A stretch of 64,000 nt of DNA from Vulcanimicrobiota bacterium (GTDB lineage Bacteria; Vulcanimicrobiota; Vulcanimicrobiia; Vulcanimicrobiales; Vulcanimicrobiaceae), in assembly GCA_963795855.1 (NCBI GenBank), contig CAWCIZ010000001.1:576001-640000 (forward strand), in the 5' to 3' direction. This document shows positions 43,359-55,654 of this stretch, in pieces; positions within the stretch are counted from its first letter, which is position 1, and every line of letters starts with the position of its first letter. A program made the translations under genes and the position numbers. Under the pieces are notes generated by a model that had not been told where the DNA came from, made no database searches, and saw only the letters and a list, made by a program, of their open reading frames with translations.

Positions 43359-44666
43359 CTGTCTACGTCCACGCTCACCAAACTCGCGCCGACGCAGGTC
43401 GAACTCGTCATCCCGATCTCCGCCGACGAGATGCGCGAGGCGGAGGACCGCGCGTTCCGCCGCCTGGTCAAAAAGGCGAAGCTCCCGGGGTTCCGCCCCG
43501 GTAAAGTGCCGCGCAAAGTCTTCGAGCAGGCATACGGCGCGCAAACCATCACGAACGAAGCGATGGAAGACGTCGTTCCGACAGTGTACGCGAAAGCGGT
43601 CCGCGAGCACGAATTGGAGCCGGTGGACCGTCCGAAGATGGAGCTGCTTCCGGAAAACGACAGCGAACCGCGCCGCGTGAAAGCCGTCGTCGACGTGCGG
43701 CCCGCCATTACGCTGAACGACTACAAGGGCCTGACCATCGAGGCCGGCCCGGTCACCGTCAGCGACGAGGACGTCGAGCGCGCCCTCAAGTCCCTGGCCC
43801 GCGACCGCGCGACGCTCGTTCCGGCCGACCGCGAGGCCCGCTTGGGCGATGTCGTGACCATCGATTATGAAGGAAAGGTCGACGGCGTGGCGTTCGAGGG
43901 CGGCACCGCGCAGGGCCAGCAGACCGAGCTGAGCGAGGATCGGTTCATTCCGGGCTTTGCCAGGGGCATCGCGGGCATGAAGGGCGGCGAAACGAAAGAC
44001 GTCGAGGCGACCTTCCCGCAGGACTACCAGCAGACGGACTTAGCGGGCAAGACCGCCGCGTTCACGATTACGCTGCACGAAGTCAAGGAACTCGAACTTC
44101 CTCCGATCGACGACGAACTTGCAAAAGCGGTCTCGCAGCACCAGACCCTGGACGAACTCACGGCGGATGTGCGGGCGCGCCTGCAGACGGCAGCGGAAGC
44201 GCGCGTCAAGCGGGAGACGGGAAACGCCCTGGTCGAACGGCTCGTCGCCTCGCACGATTTTCCGCTTCCCGAGGTCCTGATCGAGCGCGAAATCGACGGC
44301 ATGGTGAACGACGGGGCCGGAATGGCCGCGCGCATGGGGATGTCGTACGAAGACTACCTCAAGGCCGTCGGCAAGACCGAGGACGACTTGCGCAAGGAGT
44401 ATCGTCCCGACGCCGAGCGCCGCGTGAAAGGTACGCTAATCCTCGAGGCGATCGCCAAGGCGGAAAACATTACGGCCACACCGGCCGATATTCAAGATGA
44501 GCTGCAAACGCTTGCACGGCAGTACGGCCAGCCGGTCGACCGTATCCGCCAGGCGCTCGGAAACAACGTCCTCTCACTGATGGACGGAATCGTCCGAAAT
44601 AAAACCGTGGAGTTTCTGGTCGAACACGCGAAGGCCGAAGCGGCAACCCCCGCAGCAGAATCGTAG
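43359..44666 (+). CDS. tig: Trigger factor (apparent CTG start)
   Basis: PGFRPGKVP ribosome-binding motif; FKBP domain (IDYEGKVDGVAFEGG, FIPGF); tig-clpP-clpX synteny. Confidence 0.95.
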   Translation: MSTSTLTKLAPTQVELVIPISADEMREAEDRAFRRLVKKAKLPGFRPGKVPRKVFEQAYGAQTITNEAMEDVVPTVYAKAVREHELEPVDRPKMELLPENDSEPRRVKAVVDVRPAITLNDYKGLTIEAGPVTVSDEDVERALKSLARDRATLVPADREARLGDVVTIDYEGKVDGVAFEGGTAQGQQTELSEDRFIPGFARGIAGMKGGETKDVEATFPQDYQQTDLAGKTAAFTITLHEVKELELPPIDDELAKAVSQHQTLDELTADVRARLQTAAEARVKRETGNALVERLVASHDFPLPEVLIEREIDGMVNDGAGMAARMGMSYEDYLKAVGKTEDDLRKEYRPDAERRVKGTLILEAIAKAENITATPADIQDELQTLARQYGQPVDRIRQALGNNVLSLMDGIVRNKTVEFLVEHAKAEAATPAAES

Positions 44667-44693
44667 TCTTTGATCCTGCCGTGAAAAGGAAGA

Positions 44694-45312
44694 ATGGATA
44701 AGATGGGTCACCTGGTCCCCATGGTCGTCGAACAGAGCGCGCGCGGAGAGCGTGCCTTCGACATCTACTCGCGCTTGCTCAAGGATCGCATCGTCTTCGT
44801 CGGCGGTGCCATCGACGATCATCTGGCGAATCTCGTGATCGCGCAGCTGCTTGTTCCTCGAAAAGGAAGATCCGGACAAAGACATCGACATGTACATCAA
44901 CAGTCCCGGCGGGAGCGTTACCGCGGGCTTGGCGATTTACGACACGATACGCTTCATCAAGCCCGACGTGGCCACCATCTGCGCCGGCATGGCCGCGTCC
45001 ATGGGGTCGATCCTCTTGACGGGCGGCGCGCAAGGCAAACGTATGGCCCTTCCGCATTCGAAGATTCTCATCCATCAGCCGTGGGTGCAGCAGGTCGGCG
45101 GTCAGGCGACGGATATCGAAATCCACGCTCGCGACCTCATCGCCACGCGGCGTATGCTGGCCGGCATCTACGAAGAGACGACCAAGAAGCCCATCGAGCA
45201 GATTCTTAAGGATATCGAGCGGGATTTCTACATGACCGCGCAGGAAGCCAAGGAGTACGGTATCATAGACACGATCATCGAAAACCGGTCGTCGCTGGCG
45301 ACCCCGGCATAG
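44694..45312 (+). CDS. clpP: ATP-dependent Clp protease proteolytic subunit; frameshift near 44850
   Basis: [32 protein letters not shown]. Confidence 0.96.
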
Positions 45313-45342
45313 GCACGAGCGAAAGGGTTAACGCGTAGGCGC

Positions 45343-46601
45343 ATGTTTCGATTCGGAGACGAGAAGGGCCAGCTCAAGTGCAGTTTCTGCGGCAAATCGC
45401 AGGAACAGGTTCGCAAGCTGATCGCGGGGCCGGGCGTCTACATTTGCGACGAGTGCATCGAGCTCTGCAACGAGATCATCGAGGAAGAGCTCTACAAGAA
45501 CGTCGATGAAAATCTGCGTCTTCGCAACATCCCGAAGCCCAAAGAGATCAATCACATCCTCAACCAGTACGTCATCGGTCAGGAGCGCGCGAAGAAGTCG
45601 CTCGCAGTAGCGGTGTACAACCACTACAAGCGCGTGAACATGGGCGCGAGCGCGGACGACGTCGAGCTGCAGAAGTCGAACATTCTGCTCGTCGGTCCCA
45701 CGGGATCCGGCAAGACGTACCTGGCGCAGACGCTTGCGAAAATTCTCGACGTGCCGCTCGCGATGGCGGACGCGACCTCGCTCACGGAAGCCGGCTACGT
45801 CGGTGAAGACGTCGAGAACATTCTGCTCAAACTGATTCAAGCGGCCGATTACGACGTCAAGCGCGCCGAAAAAGGCATCGTCTACATCGACGAAATCGAC
45901 AAAATCGCGCGCAAGAGCGAGAATCCGTCGATAACGCGCGACGTTTCCGGCGAAGGCGTTCAGCAGGCGCTGCTCAAGATTCTCGAAGGAACGACTGCGA
46001 ACGTTCCCCCGCAAGGCGGCCGCAAGCATCCGCACCAGGAATTCATTCAGATCGACACGACCAACGTGTTGTTCATCTGCGGCGGAGCGTTCGACGGTTT
46101 GGAACGCATCATCGAATCGCGCGTCGCGAGCAACAACATGGGGTTCCGCGCGCAGCCGGAAGGCAAGAAAGAGCGCGCGTCGGCAAGTTGCTGCAGCAGC
46201 TGATGCCGGAAGATCTCCTGAAATTCGGCTTGATTCCGGAGTTCATCGGGCGCTTGCCGATCGTCGTGACGCTCGACGCCCTCGACGAACTCGCGCTGCG
46301 CCGGATTCTCGTCGAGCCGCGCAACGCGCTCGTGCGGCAGTTCCAGAAGATCATGGGCATGGACGGCGTCGAACTGACGTTCACGAAAGAAGCGCTCATC
46401 GCGATCGCTTCACGCGCGCAAGGCCGCAAGACCGGTGCGCGCGGCCTGCGTTCGATTCTCGAAGAGACGATGCTGGACGTCATGTACGATCTGCCGTCGC
46501 TCAGCGGCGTGAAGAAGTGCGTCGTGAACAAGGAAGTCATCGAGAAAAAAGAGCCGCCGACGCTCATCTACAACGAGCGCCAGAAAGACATGCCCGCCTA
46601 G
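45343..46601 (+). CDS. clpX: Clp protease ATP-binding subunit; frameshift near 46176
   Basis: CSFCGK zinc finger, [34 protein letters not shown]. Confidence 0.97.
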
Positions 46602-46612
46602 CAGAGGCAGCG

Positions 46613-46641
46613 AGCGGCGTCCAATCCGGACGCCGTTTTTC
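46613..46641 (+). terminator. Intrinsic terminator after clpX
   Basis: GCGGCGTCC-AATCC-GGACGCCGT followed by a T-run. Confidence 0.78.
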
Positions 46642-46772
46642 TTTAGTGCGGTAGGCCCAAGGGTGTACGGCCTTGTGCCCACGTCTTTGTGCGTGGTGGT
46701 TCTCGAAACGCAGACCCGCGGCCGGGTACGGTTAACGCTAGTTACCGCTGCCCGGAAAAGGATCACTTCTAC

Positions 46773-47736
46773 ATGCACCGACATCGCATACTCGCCGCGC
46801 TTGCCGCGTGCGGCGCTTTAGCCGCTCTTTCCGCCTGCGGTGGCGGCGGCGGTGGAACGACGCCCCCCACGGGAAGCGGCGGGCCGCCTCCGGTCACGTC
46901 GACGCCGACGCCGACGTCGAGTCCGTCGACGACGCCGACGCCAATCGTCACGGCGACGCCCTCACCCACGCCGACGGGACTGACGGCCGACAGTCGTTAT
47001 ACGCTTTCCGCCCAGTCCGGGCCCCAGGTCAACGGTAAACAAAATTGGTACACCGCCGGCGTAACGGTTGCGTGGACGCCGAATCCCGGCAGCCCCGGAA
47101 TGAACGGCGACACGTCGGCCGGCGCGAACGCTTCGACCGGTTTTGCAGCGGTGGACGGTATGTCGTGCGCGTCGACGCAAGAACCGGCCGCCTCGACCAA
47201 GACGTATTCAACGCACGCGTTCGTCGGGATTTACTATAACGGCGTCGAGTACGCGCTGCCGCAAGCCATCGGCATGGAGGCGCCCACGGAGCCGACCGTG
47301 TCAGGCCATCCGAACGACAATTGGGAAGTCGAAACGCAGCAATGCGAATACAACGTGCATACGCACGACTACGCGGGACTCGTGCATATCGAAGATCCGA
47401 ACTTTCCGCAAAACACCTCGACCATTTCGACGCTTCCGTACAGCCCGACGCTGCAAACGCTGCTCGACCTTTGGGGCGTGCAGCTCGTCGTCCTCCGGCT
47501 TGACCGTTCCGGGACAAGCCGCGCTTTCGGGAACGACGTCGATCTACTACGGAAGCCCCGGTTCGCAGGTCGGACCGCATGGAGCGCCGGTCACTAGTTC
47601 GTACACGCTCGCCGCGTCGCCGTCGAGTGTTTCGCTGGGCTTTCACCAGACCGTTTGGATCGTCATCGGACAGTTGCCGGTGCTGCCGGACGGCGTAACG
47701 GGACTGCCCCAAGTCGAGTGGCGCATCGAGTATTAA
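46773..47736 (+). CDS. Hypothetical lipoprotein with Pro/Thr linker and His-motif domain; frameshift near 47490
   Basis: Lipobox LSAC-GGGGG; THAFVGIY, CEYNVHTHDYAGLVHIE, TLLDLWG. Confidence 0.8.
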
Positions 47737-47879
47737 GTTGCTTAGTACGCCCGACCTAACCGCACGCGTGCCTTCTTCCCAGCGCCCTGCCCGGAGCGCT
47801 TCACGCGAAGTGCCACGCTTGACCGCTACGATTTATACGGACTTACTTGCCCGCATCTCGCGCTAAAGGATTTAGGATA

Positions 47880-48800
47880 ATGAAAGCATTGCGAATCTCG
47901 GGATCTGTGCTGAGCATCGGTGTCCTGGCGTTTCTCGCCGCTTGCGGCGGCGGCGGGGGCGGCAACCCGACCCCACCCACGCCGAATCCCGGAGGCTCTA
48001 CCCATCCCACGGCCACGCCGACGGCAACGCCGACCGTTGCTCCCACCACTACACCAACCACCTCCCCGACGCAGACTCCCAGCGGCAGCGTCGCGGTGAG
48101 CGCCACCGATTACGACGCGTACGACGGTCCGATCTGGGGAACCGACAACTGGCAGACGAACGGCGTGACCGATTCGTCGAGCACCGGCGACGGCGACGTC
48201 GTGAACGACGTCGGCATGAACAATGCCGGCTCGCCGAATATGACCGACAGCTTGAGCGCCTGTGCGTTGAGCAGCGAATCGTCGATGACGTCCGCTAACT
48301 ACCACGTCCACGCATTCGTCGGGATCTACGTCAACGGCACCGCGTTCGCGATTCCGGACGCGATCGGCATGGCGAACCCGACTACCGACGAGCCGGTCAC
48401 AGGCTTCACCTGCGCCTACAGCATTCACACGCACGGCGCGTCCGGCATCATCCACGTTGAAGATCCGTCAATCGTCGGGACTTGGAAAAATACCGCGCCG
48501 CCCGCGCAGTACAATCTACAGACGCTCTTCGACATCTGGGGACAGAATCTGAGCACCGTCGCGGGAGCGACCGGAATGCCGGCCATCTACGTCGGCACGG
48601 TGAGCGGCAAAGACGGAGCCGGACGCGATCTGGTCAACTCGTATACGCTATACACCGGCACGCCGACGGCGCTGCTGCTCAGCCACCACGTCGCGATCTT
48701 CCTCGTCTACGGAGCGCTTCCGACCTCTACCAACGGACAAGCATGTCCGGCTGGCTCAGCCGGATGCCTGCCGCAAGTCTCCTTCGGTATCTCCAACTAA
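47880..48800 (+). CDS. Hypothetical lipoprotein, paralogue of the upstream gene
   Basis: Lipobox LAAC-GGGGG; HVHAFVGIY, CAYSIHTHGASGIIHVE, TLFDIWG. Confidence 0.82.
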   Translation: MKALRISGSVLSIGVLAFLAACGGGGGGNPTPPTPNPGGSTHPTATPTATPTVAPTTTPTTSPTQTPSGSVAVSATDYDAYDGPIWGTDNWQTNGVTDSSSTGDGDVVNDVGMNNAGSPNMTDSLSACALSSESSMTSANYHVHAFVGIYVNGTAFAIPDAIGMANPTTDEPVTGFTCAYSIHTHGASGIIHVEDPSIVGTWKNTAPPAQYNLQTLFDIWGQNLSTVAGATGMPAIYVGTVSGKDGAGRDLVNSYTLYTGTPTALLLSHHVAIFLVYGALPTSTNGQACPAGSAGCLPQVSFGISN

Positions 48801-48823
48801 TCTGAGCACACCCGAAGCGCAAA

Positions 48824-48852
48824 AAGAGAGACCGGCTTGCCGGTCTCTCTTG
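48824..48852. terminator. Bidirectional intrinsic terminator
   Basis: AAGAGAGACCGG-CTTG-CCGGTCTCTCTT between convergent genes. Confidence 0.8.
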
Positions 48853-48866
48853 CGGTGTTTGTTGGG

Positions 48867-49444
48867 TCAGACCGATTCGACGGATTCGGCGGTGCTGCGT
48901 ATCACCTTCGCCGGAACGCCGCCGACGAGCGCGTACGGCGGCACGTCCGCGGTTACGACTGCACCTGCCGCGATTGCCGCGTGATGACCGATGGTTATGC
49001 CCGGAACGATCACGGCGTGCGAATAGATCAGCACGTGATCGCCGATCACGACGGGTGAGCGAATGATTTCGAGCGGCGTAAACGGATCGACCGTGTCGGC
49101 AGAAATCTGCTCGCCTTCCATCGACGTGATGTGCACGTGCGTTCCGATGTGGACGTTGTTGCCGATCGTTATTCCGCCGCCGCCCCAAAGTATGCTGTAC
49201 GGACCGATCTCCACGTTGTCGCCCAGGGTGATGAATCCAGCCTCGGTGTTGCAATTCAAGTACGAGCGGTGATCGAAGAAGACGCGCCGTCCCGCGGTGA
49301 TGCGCTCGGAGCCGCGTACGATTACGCCGGACGCCATGTGCACGTGCCGGCAAACGGCGCCGGTGAAATTCGTTCAGCGTCTGTTCGCTGATACGCGCGC
49401 CACAGGTAGCCCGGCAGCGACGCGGCGCGATCGAAAGCATTCAT
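48867..49444 (-). CDS. Hexapeptide-repeat acyltransferase; apparent indels near 49350-49385
   Basis: ITLGDNVEIG, ITIGNNVHIG, AGAVVTADVP...GGVPAKVI; GGAGG RBS before ATG 49444 (MNAFDRAASLPGY). Confidence 0.82.
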
Positions 49445-49639
49445 ACGGGACCACATCCTCCAACGTAGCAAAAGCGCTCGACCGAGCGGCCGTTATCTCG
49501 TACCCGCATCGGGCGTTTATTCTCATCCCCCGCGCCCACTAGGCCTTTCGGTAGCACGGTACGGTTCGATTCGCCTGGAAGTGCGGTACGTCGGCAATCT
49601 GCCCCCGGCGAGCGTTGGGCGGTACAATGCCGCTGAGCG

Positions 49640-51602
49640 ATGAGACTAGCCACTTCTGCCGATCTCCGCATTCGCGGAATGCGCCCTGAACTACGCTTCG
49701 GCCTGATGACAGCCGATTTTGCGGTGCTCATCATTGCGGTGTACGTAGCAACGGGCGTGGGATACATTCACTCCGCCGGCGCGGGCCAACTGCTGCTGCT
49801 GGCGGCACTGCTTTTCGTCACGGGAGCCTACGTGCAGTGGCGCTACGAGAGCGCCCGCACGTTCGACTTTCACGACGTCCTTCGGTTGCTTTACGGCGCT
49901 GCAGGCGGAACGGTGCTCGCATTGGCGTGCGTTTGGCTGCTGCCCGGTCCGCTCGAGCACATGTCGGGCCGGCTCGTCGTCATCGCCGCGATGCTCGGCT
50001 TCATCCTGCGTATGTTCCTGCGCATTGCAATGGTGCTTCTGCGCACGTTCCTCTACACGCAGCGGCCGAACGCACAGAAGGTCCTCGTGGTCGGCGTGGG
50101 CATGCCGGCCGTGAACCTGATCCGCGCGATTCAAGAAGACCGCACGCTGCCGATGCGCGTCATCGGCTGCGTTGACGACGGCGTCGCGATAAAGCGCGTC
50201 GACGGCGTGCGCATCCTCGGCGGCATCGAGGATCTGCCGTCGATCCTCGTTCGTCATCCGGTCGATTCGGTTATCGTGGCCATTCCCGCCGCGCCGCTGC
50301 CGATCATCAATAGGATCAAAGATTTTTGCAGCCGCGCCGCCGCCGCTCCGATGGTCAAAGTGCTCCCCGACGCGATCGAGATTTTGAACGACAAGGTGAC
50401 GATCTCGCGCATTCGCGACATCCGCTTGGAAGACGTCCTGGCGCGGGAGCCGGTGGTCGTCGACACCGCGGCGCTGCGGCCGCATCTGGAAGATCAAGTC
50501 GTGCTCGTTACCGGTGCGGGCGGATCGATCGGCAGCGAACTCTGCCGGCAAATCGCGACGTTCGAACCCAAGCTTCTGCTGCTGCTCGGGCACGGCGAGA
50601 ACAGCTTGTTCGCCATCGAGCAGGAACTGCGCACGAAGTACAAGTTCACGCGTACGAAAATGCTGCTGGCGGACGTCGCCGATGCCGCCGGCGATTCGCA
50701 ACGTCTTCTCGACGTATCGTCCGCGCATCGTCTTCCACGCCGCCGCGCACAAGCACGTCCCGATCGTCGAAGACAACATCTGCGAGGCGATGCGCAACAA
50801 CGTGTTCGGCACGCGCACCGTCGCGCTCGCCGCTGCCGCGTCGGGCACCGCGAAGATTCGTGCTGCTCTCGACCGACAAGGCAGTGAATCCCACGAGCGT
50901 CATGGGGCTCACCAAACGGATGGCCGAGCTCATTTGTCAGTCGTTCGCCGGCAGCAGCAGTACGGAGTTCGTGGTCGTGCGGTTCGGCAACGTTCTGGGG
51001 AGCCGCGGCAGCGTCGTTCCGGTCTTCAAACAGCAAGTCGCCAGCGGCGGCCCCGTGACGATCACGCATCGCGACATGCAGCGCTATTTCATGACGATTC
51101 CGGAAGCGGTCTCGCTCGTGCTGCAGGCCATGTCGATGGGCAACGACGGTGAGGTGTTCGTCCTCGACATGGGCGACCCGATCAAGATTCTTGCATCTTG
51201 CCGAGCAAGTGATCCGGCTTTCCGGGTTTCGAGCCGTATCGCGACATCGACATCGTCGAAACGTCGATTCGACCGGGAGAAAAACTCTTCGAGGAGATCC
51301 TTACGAACGGGGAAGGGATCTCCAGTACGAGCCATCACCGGCTCTTCATCGCCAAGCAAGACCGCATCGACTACTCGCGCATCGGCATCGCAATGGAACG
51401 CGTGCATCGCGCGATTCGGATGGCGGACTGGCGCGTCGCCCTCGACGTCCTGCGCGAGTTCGTTCCGGAATACACGCCGGGAGCGCACTTGCTCCCTGCC
51501 GTTCAAATTCGCGTAGAGCGCAACGAGATCGATGCAACCTCCGCCGCGCATACGACGGAAATCGTGACCCGCACCACCATCGCACCTGCACCCGCTCAAT
51601 AG
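49640..51602 (+). CDS. Membrane-anchored UDP-HexNAc 4,6-dehydratase (CapD/WbpM/PglF family); several frameshifts between 50690 and 51235
   Basis: Four N-terminal TMs; [55 protein letters not shown]. Confidence 0.9.
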
Positions 51603-51609
51603 GAACGAC

Positions 51610-52944
51610 ATGGAACTGCTTGAAGCCCCGGGGAGTTTACGCGAACAACTCAAGAAGAAGTTCGTGGACCGGACGGCGTTGATCGGCGTCGCCGGTATCG
51701 GCTACGTCGGCCTGCCGCTCGCGGTCGAGAAAGCGAAAGTCGGATTCGAAGTCATCGGATACGACCGCAACAGCGTTCGCGTCGACCAAGTGAATCAGGG
51801 ACTGAACTACATCCGCGACGTCGAACGACACGGAAATGGCCCAGCTGGTGGAGACCGGCAAACTGCGCGCCAGTACGGATTTCAGTTCGCTGAGCCGCTG
51901 CGACGCGATCGTGATTTGCGTTCCGACGCCGCTCACGCCGAATCTGGATCCCGACATCTCGTACATCAAAGCCGTAGGCGAACAGATCGGCGCGCAGCTG
52001 CGGCCGGGACAACTCGTGTGCTTGGAGAGCACCACGTATCCGGGCACGACGGAAGAAGTGCTGCTGCCGCTGCTCGCGCAATCCGGCCTAAAAGTCGGAG
52101 AAGATTTCTTTCTGTGCTTCTCGCCCGAGCGCGTCGACCCAGGCAACGCGCGCTACACGACCAAAAACACGAACAAGGTCGTCGGCGGCGTGACGCCGGC
52201 GTGCGTCGACGTCGGCAGGCTGCTTCTATCAGCAGACGATCCTCGACGTTCTTACGGTGAGTTCGCCGAAGGTCGCCGAGATGTGCAAGGTGTTCGAAAA
52301 CACGTTCCGTTCGGTGAACATCGCGCTCGTCAACGAGATGGCGCTGCTGTGCGATCGGCTGGGAATCAACATTTGGGAAGTGCTCGACGCCGCCGCAACC
52401 AAACCGTTCGGCATCATGCGGTTCGATCCGGGGCCGGGCGTCGGCGGTCATTGCATTCCGCTCGACCCGTTTTACCTTGCATGGAAGGCGCGCGAATACG
52501 ATTTCCACACGCGCTTCATCGAACTCGCCGGCGAAATCAATCACGGCATGCCGTATTTCGTGCGCGAAAAAGTGATGCGCGCGCTCAACGGCGTCGGCCA
52601 GTCGCTCAAGGGCGCCGACATTCTGGTCCTCGGCGTGGCGTACAAGAAAGACATCGAAGACTGGCGCGAATCGCCCGCGATCAAAGTCATGGAACTGCTG
52701 CTGCAGCGACGGCGCCAAGATCGATTACCACGATCCGTTCGTCGCCAAGTTCGTAGAACACGGCATGCAATGGCACTCGATACCCCTTTCGAAGGAGCGC
52801 CTCGAGCGGGCCGACTGCGTGCTCATCCTGACCGACCACACCGACGTCGACTACGAGCGCATCTGCTCGAACGCAAAACTGGTCGTCGACACCCGGAACG
52901 CGACGAAAAACGTAAAATGCCGCGATAAAGTGGTCCTGCTCTAG
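51610..52944 (+). CDS. UDP-N-acetylhexosamine 6-dehydrogenase (WbpA-like); frameshifts near 51828, 52220 and 52710
   Basis: [56 protein letters not shown]. Confidence 0.9.
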
Positions 52945-52946
52945 TG

Positions 52947-53950
52947 ATGCGGAGAATGCCGCGGGTCGGCGTCATAGGCGCGGGGTACTGGGGCGCGAAA
53001 TTGGTCCGCAACTGCCATCAACTCGGCGTGCTCGCGGCGGTATGCGATACCGAACTGCGAGCGCTGAACGAAGTGCGCACGAAATATCCCGGCACGGCGC
53101 TGTTCTGCGAACCGCAGGCAATGCTGGAGCACGCGAAACTCGATGCGGTGGTGATTGCGGCGCCGGCTCCGGCTCACGCAACGCTTGCGCTCTGGGCGAT
53201 AGCGGCCGGGAAGCACGTGTTCGTCGAGAAGCCGCTCGCGCTTAGCGTCGAGGAAGCGCAGGAAGTCGTCGAAGCCGCCGAGCGCGCCGGCGTTACGCTC
53301 TTCGTCGGCCACGTGCTGCTCTATCATCCGGCCGTGAGCGCGCTGCTCGCGTGCGTGAATCAGGGCCGCGTGGGACGCGTACGTCACCTGCGTTCGCGCC
53401 GGCTGAGTTGGGGGCGCCTTCGCGCACACGAGAACGTCTGGTGGAGCTTCGCGCCGCACGACTGCGCGCTGATGATCGAAATCATGAAGGACGCGCCGGT
53501 GAACGCCACCGGCTGGGTGAGCGCATACGTTCGCCCGGGTCTGGGCGATTTCGCGTACGCCGACTTCGCATTCGCGGACGGACGCAGCGCGCATATCGAA
53601 GTCAGTTGGCTCGATCCCGACAAGAGTTCGCGCATCGACGTCTTCGGCTCCGAAGGCACGCTGACGTTCGTCGATTCGCGGTGGATGGTCCGACGCTCAG
53701 CCTCACGCCCTGCGGCGACCGGTTGAATACGCGCGGCGAACCGGAACTCTGGCGCGGTGAAACAGTCGCCATAGAGTTAGCGGGCGGAGAGCCGTTGCGT
53801 TTGGAGCTCGAGGCCTTTTGCCGCGCCATACGCGGCGCGCACGAACACATTCCGACCGATGGGCGCGAAGGCTTGGAGGTCGTGCGGGCGCTGGCGATGG
53901 TTGACTCGCGCGCAACGGTACACTCATTTCCGTTGGAGGCACCGGTGTGA
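52947..53950 (+). CDS. Gfo/Idh/MocA oxidoreductase (WbpB-like); frameshift near 53680
   Basis: VIGAGYWG, HVFVEKP, PHD; lies between wbpA-like and wbpD-like genes. Confidence 0.85.
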
Positions 53951-54546
53951 CGGTCGTAGACCAGACCAAAAACTATTTCGTTCACGAGTCGTCGTACGTC
54001 GACGAACCGGCCGCCATCGGAAACGGTACGAAGATCTGGCATTTTTCGCACGTTCTGCCGGACTGCGAAATCGGCGAGAACTGCAATATCGGACAGAACG
54101 TGGTCATCGGGCCGCGCGTGCGCATCGGCAATCGCGTGAAGATTCAGAACAACGTCTCGGTGTACGAGGGCGTCGACCTGGAAGACGAGGTCTTTTGCGG
54201 CCCCAGCATGGTCTTCACCAACGTTTTCACGCCGCGCAGCGGAACGCCGCGCAACTCGTCTGCGGATTATCTGCGCACGCTCGTGAAGCGCGGTGCCTCC
54301 ATCGGCGCCAATGCGACCATCGTGTGCGGAAACACGATTGGGGAATTCGCCTTCATCGGCGCCGGTTCGGTCGTCACCAAAGACGTCCCGGCCTATGCAG
54401 TCGTCTACGGAAATCCGGCCCGCATCCATGGATATGCGTGCGAGTGCGGAGTCAAACTTTCATTTCGCGGTGACCGTGCGTCGTGTGCCGAGTGCGGCCG
54501 CGCGTACGCGCGCGTCAACGACGCCGTTCAAAGGGTTGGACAGTGA
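53947..54546 (+). CDS. Sugar N-acetyltransferase (WbpD/WlbB-like)
   Basis: TKIWHFSH, KIQNNVSVY, FCGPSMVFTN, GASIGANATIVCG, C-terminal CECG...CAECG. Confidence 0.9.
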   Translation: MTVVDQTKNYFVHESSYVDEPAAIGNGTKIWHFSHVLPDCEIGENCNIGQNVVIGPRVRIGNRVKIQNNVSVYEGVDLEDEVFCGPSMVFTNVFTPRSGTPRNSSADYLRTLVKRGASIGANATIVCGNTIGEFAFIGAGSVVTKDVPAYAVVYGNPARIHGYACECGVKLSFRGDRASCAECGRAYARVNDAVQRVGQ

Positions 54547-55654
54547 TACCGATTTGCGATCTCAAGGAGCAGTACCGTACGCTTCGCGAGCAGATGCTGC
54601 GCGCCGTGGACGACGTTTTCTCCAGCGGCCACTTCATCAACGGGCCGAACGTCAAGGCGCTCGAAGCGGAGGTCGCGCAATACGTCGGCGCGGCGCACGG
54701 CGTCGCGTTGAACTCCGGAACGGACGCGCTCCACTTGGCGCTGCGCGCGCTCGACATCGGAGCGGGCGACGAAGTCATTACGAGCCCCTTTACGTTCGTG
54801 GCGACCACAGAAGCCATCGGCATTGTCGGTGCAACGCCGGTTTTCGTCGATATCGATCCGCGCACGTATAACCTCGATACGCGGCAGATCGAGGCCGCCA
54901 TCACGCCACGGACTCGCGCGATCCTTCCTGTGCATCTGTACGGGTGCCCCGCACCGATGGACGAGATCGTGGCCATCGCCGAGCGCCACAACCTGGCCAT
55001 CGTGGAAGATTGCGCGCAATCGATCGGCGCGACGATCGGTGACAAATTCACCGGCACCTTCGGAAAATTCGGCTGCTACAGTTTCTTCCCATCGAAGAAT
55101 CTCGGCGCGTACGGCGACGGCGGCATGCTCGTGACCGACGATCAGGCGCTGGCGGACCGGGCGCGGAGCCTGCGCGGTCACGGCGGCCGCGTGAAGTATC
55201 ACCATGAGGAACTCGGCGTCAACAGCCGGCTGGACGAGGTGCAGGCGGCGATTCTGCGCGTGAAGCTGCCGTATCTGGAAGCGTGGATTGAAAAGCGCCG
55301 CGCGGCAGCGGGGCGCTACACTGCGGCCTTCGCGGGCTCCGATTTACAGGTGCCGGTCGAGCCGGCGGACGCGCGTCACGTCTATCACCAGTACACGCTG
55401 CGCGTTCCGGATCGCGATCGAGTGCAGCAAGATCTCAAGGCTGCGGGCGTCGAGAGCATGATTTACTATCCGGTGCCGCTGCATCTGCAGAAAGTGCACG
55501 CAACGCTAGGGCTGCGCGAAGGCGCGTTTCCGCAATCGGAACTTGCGGCGCGCGAGGTTCTGTCGATCCCCATGTTCCCGAACTTCGCCCCGAGACGCAG
55601 CAGCAAGTTGTCGATGCGGTGTTCGCGGCGTGCCGCCGCGAGGCCGTTGCCTAA
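54543..55654 (+). CDS. DegT/DnrJ PLP-dependent aminotransferase (WbpE-like); frameshift near 55580
   Basis: NSGTDAL, PVHLYG, EDCAQ, SFFPSKNLGAYGDGG, NSRLDEVQAA. Confidence 0.92.

Noticed and set aside
46890..48080. Short tandem repeats (ACGCCG-type) as VNTR or CRISPR
   Set aside because: They encode Thr-Pro linkers of lipoproteins and have no repeat-spacer structure. The same applies near 41820-41880 and 63390-63560.
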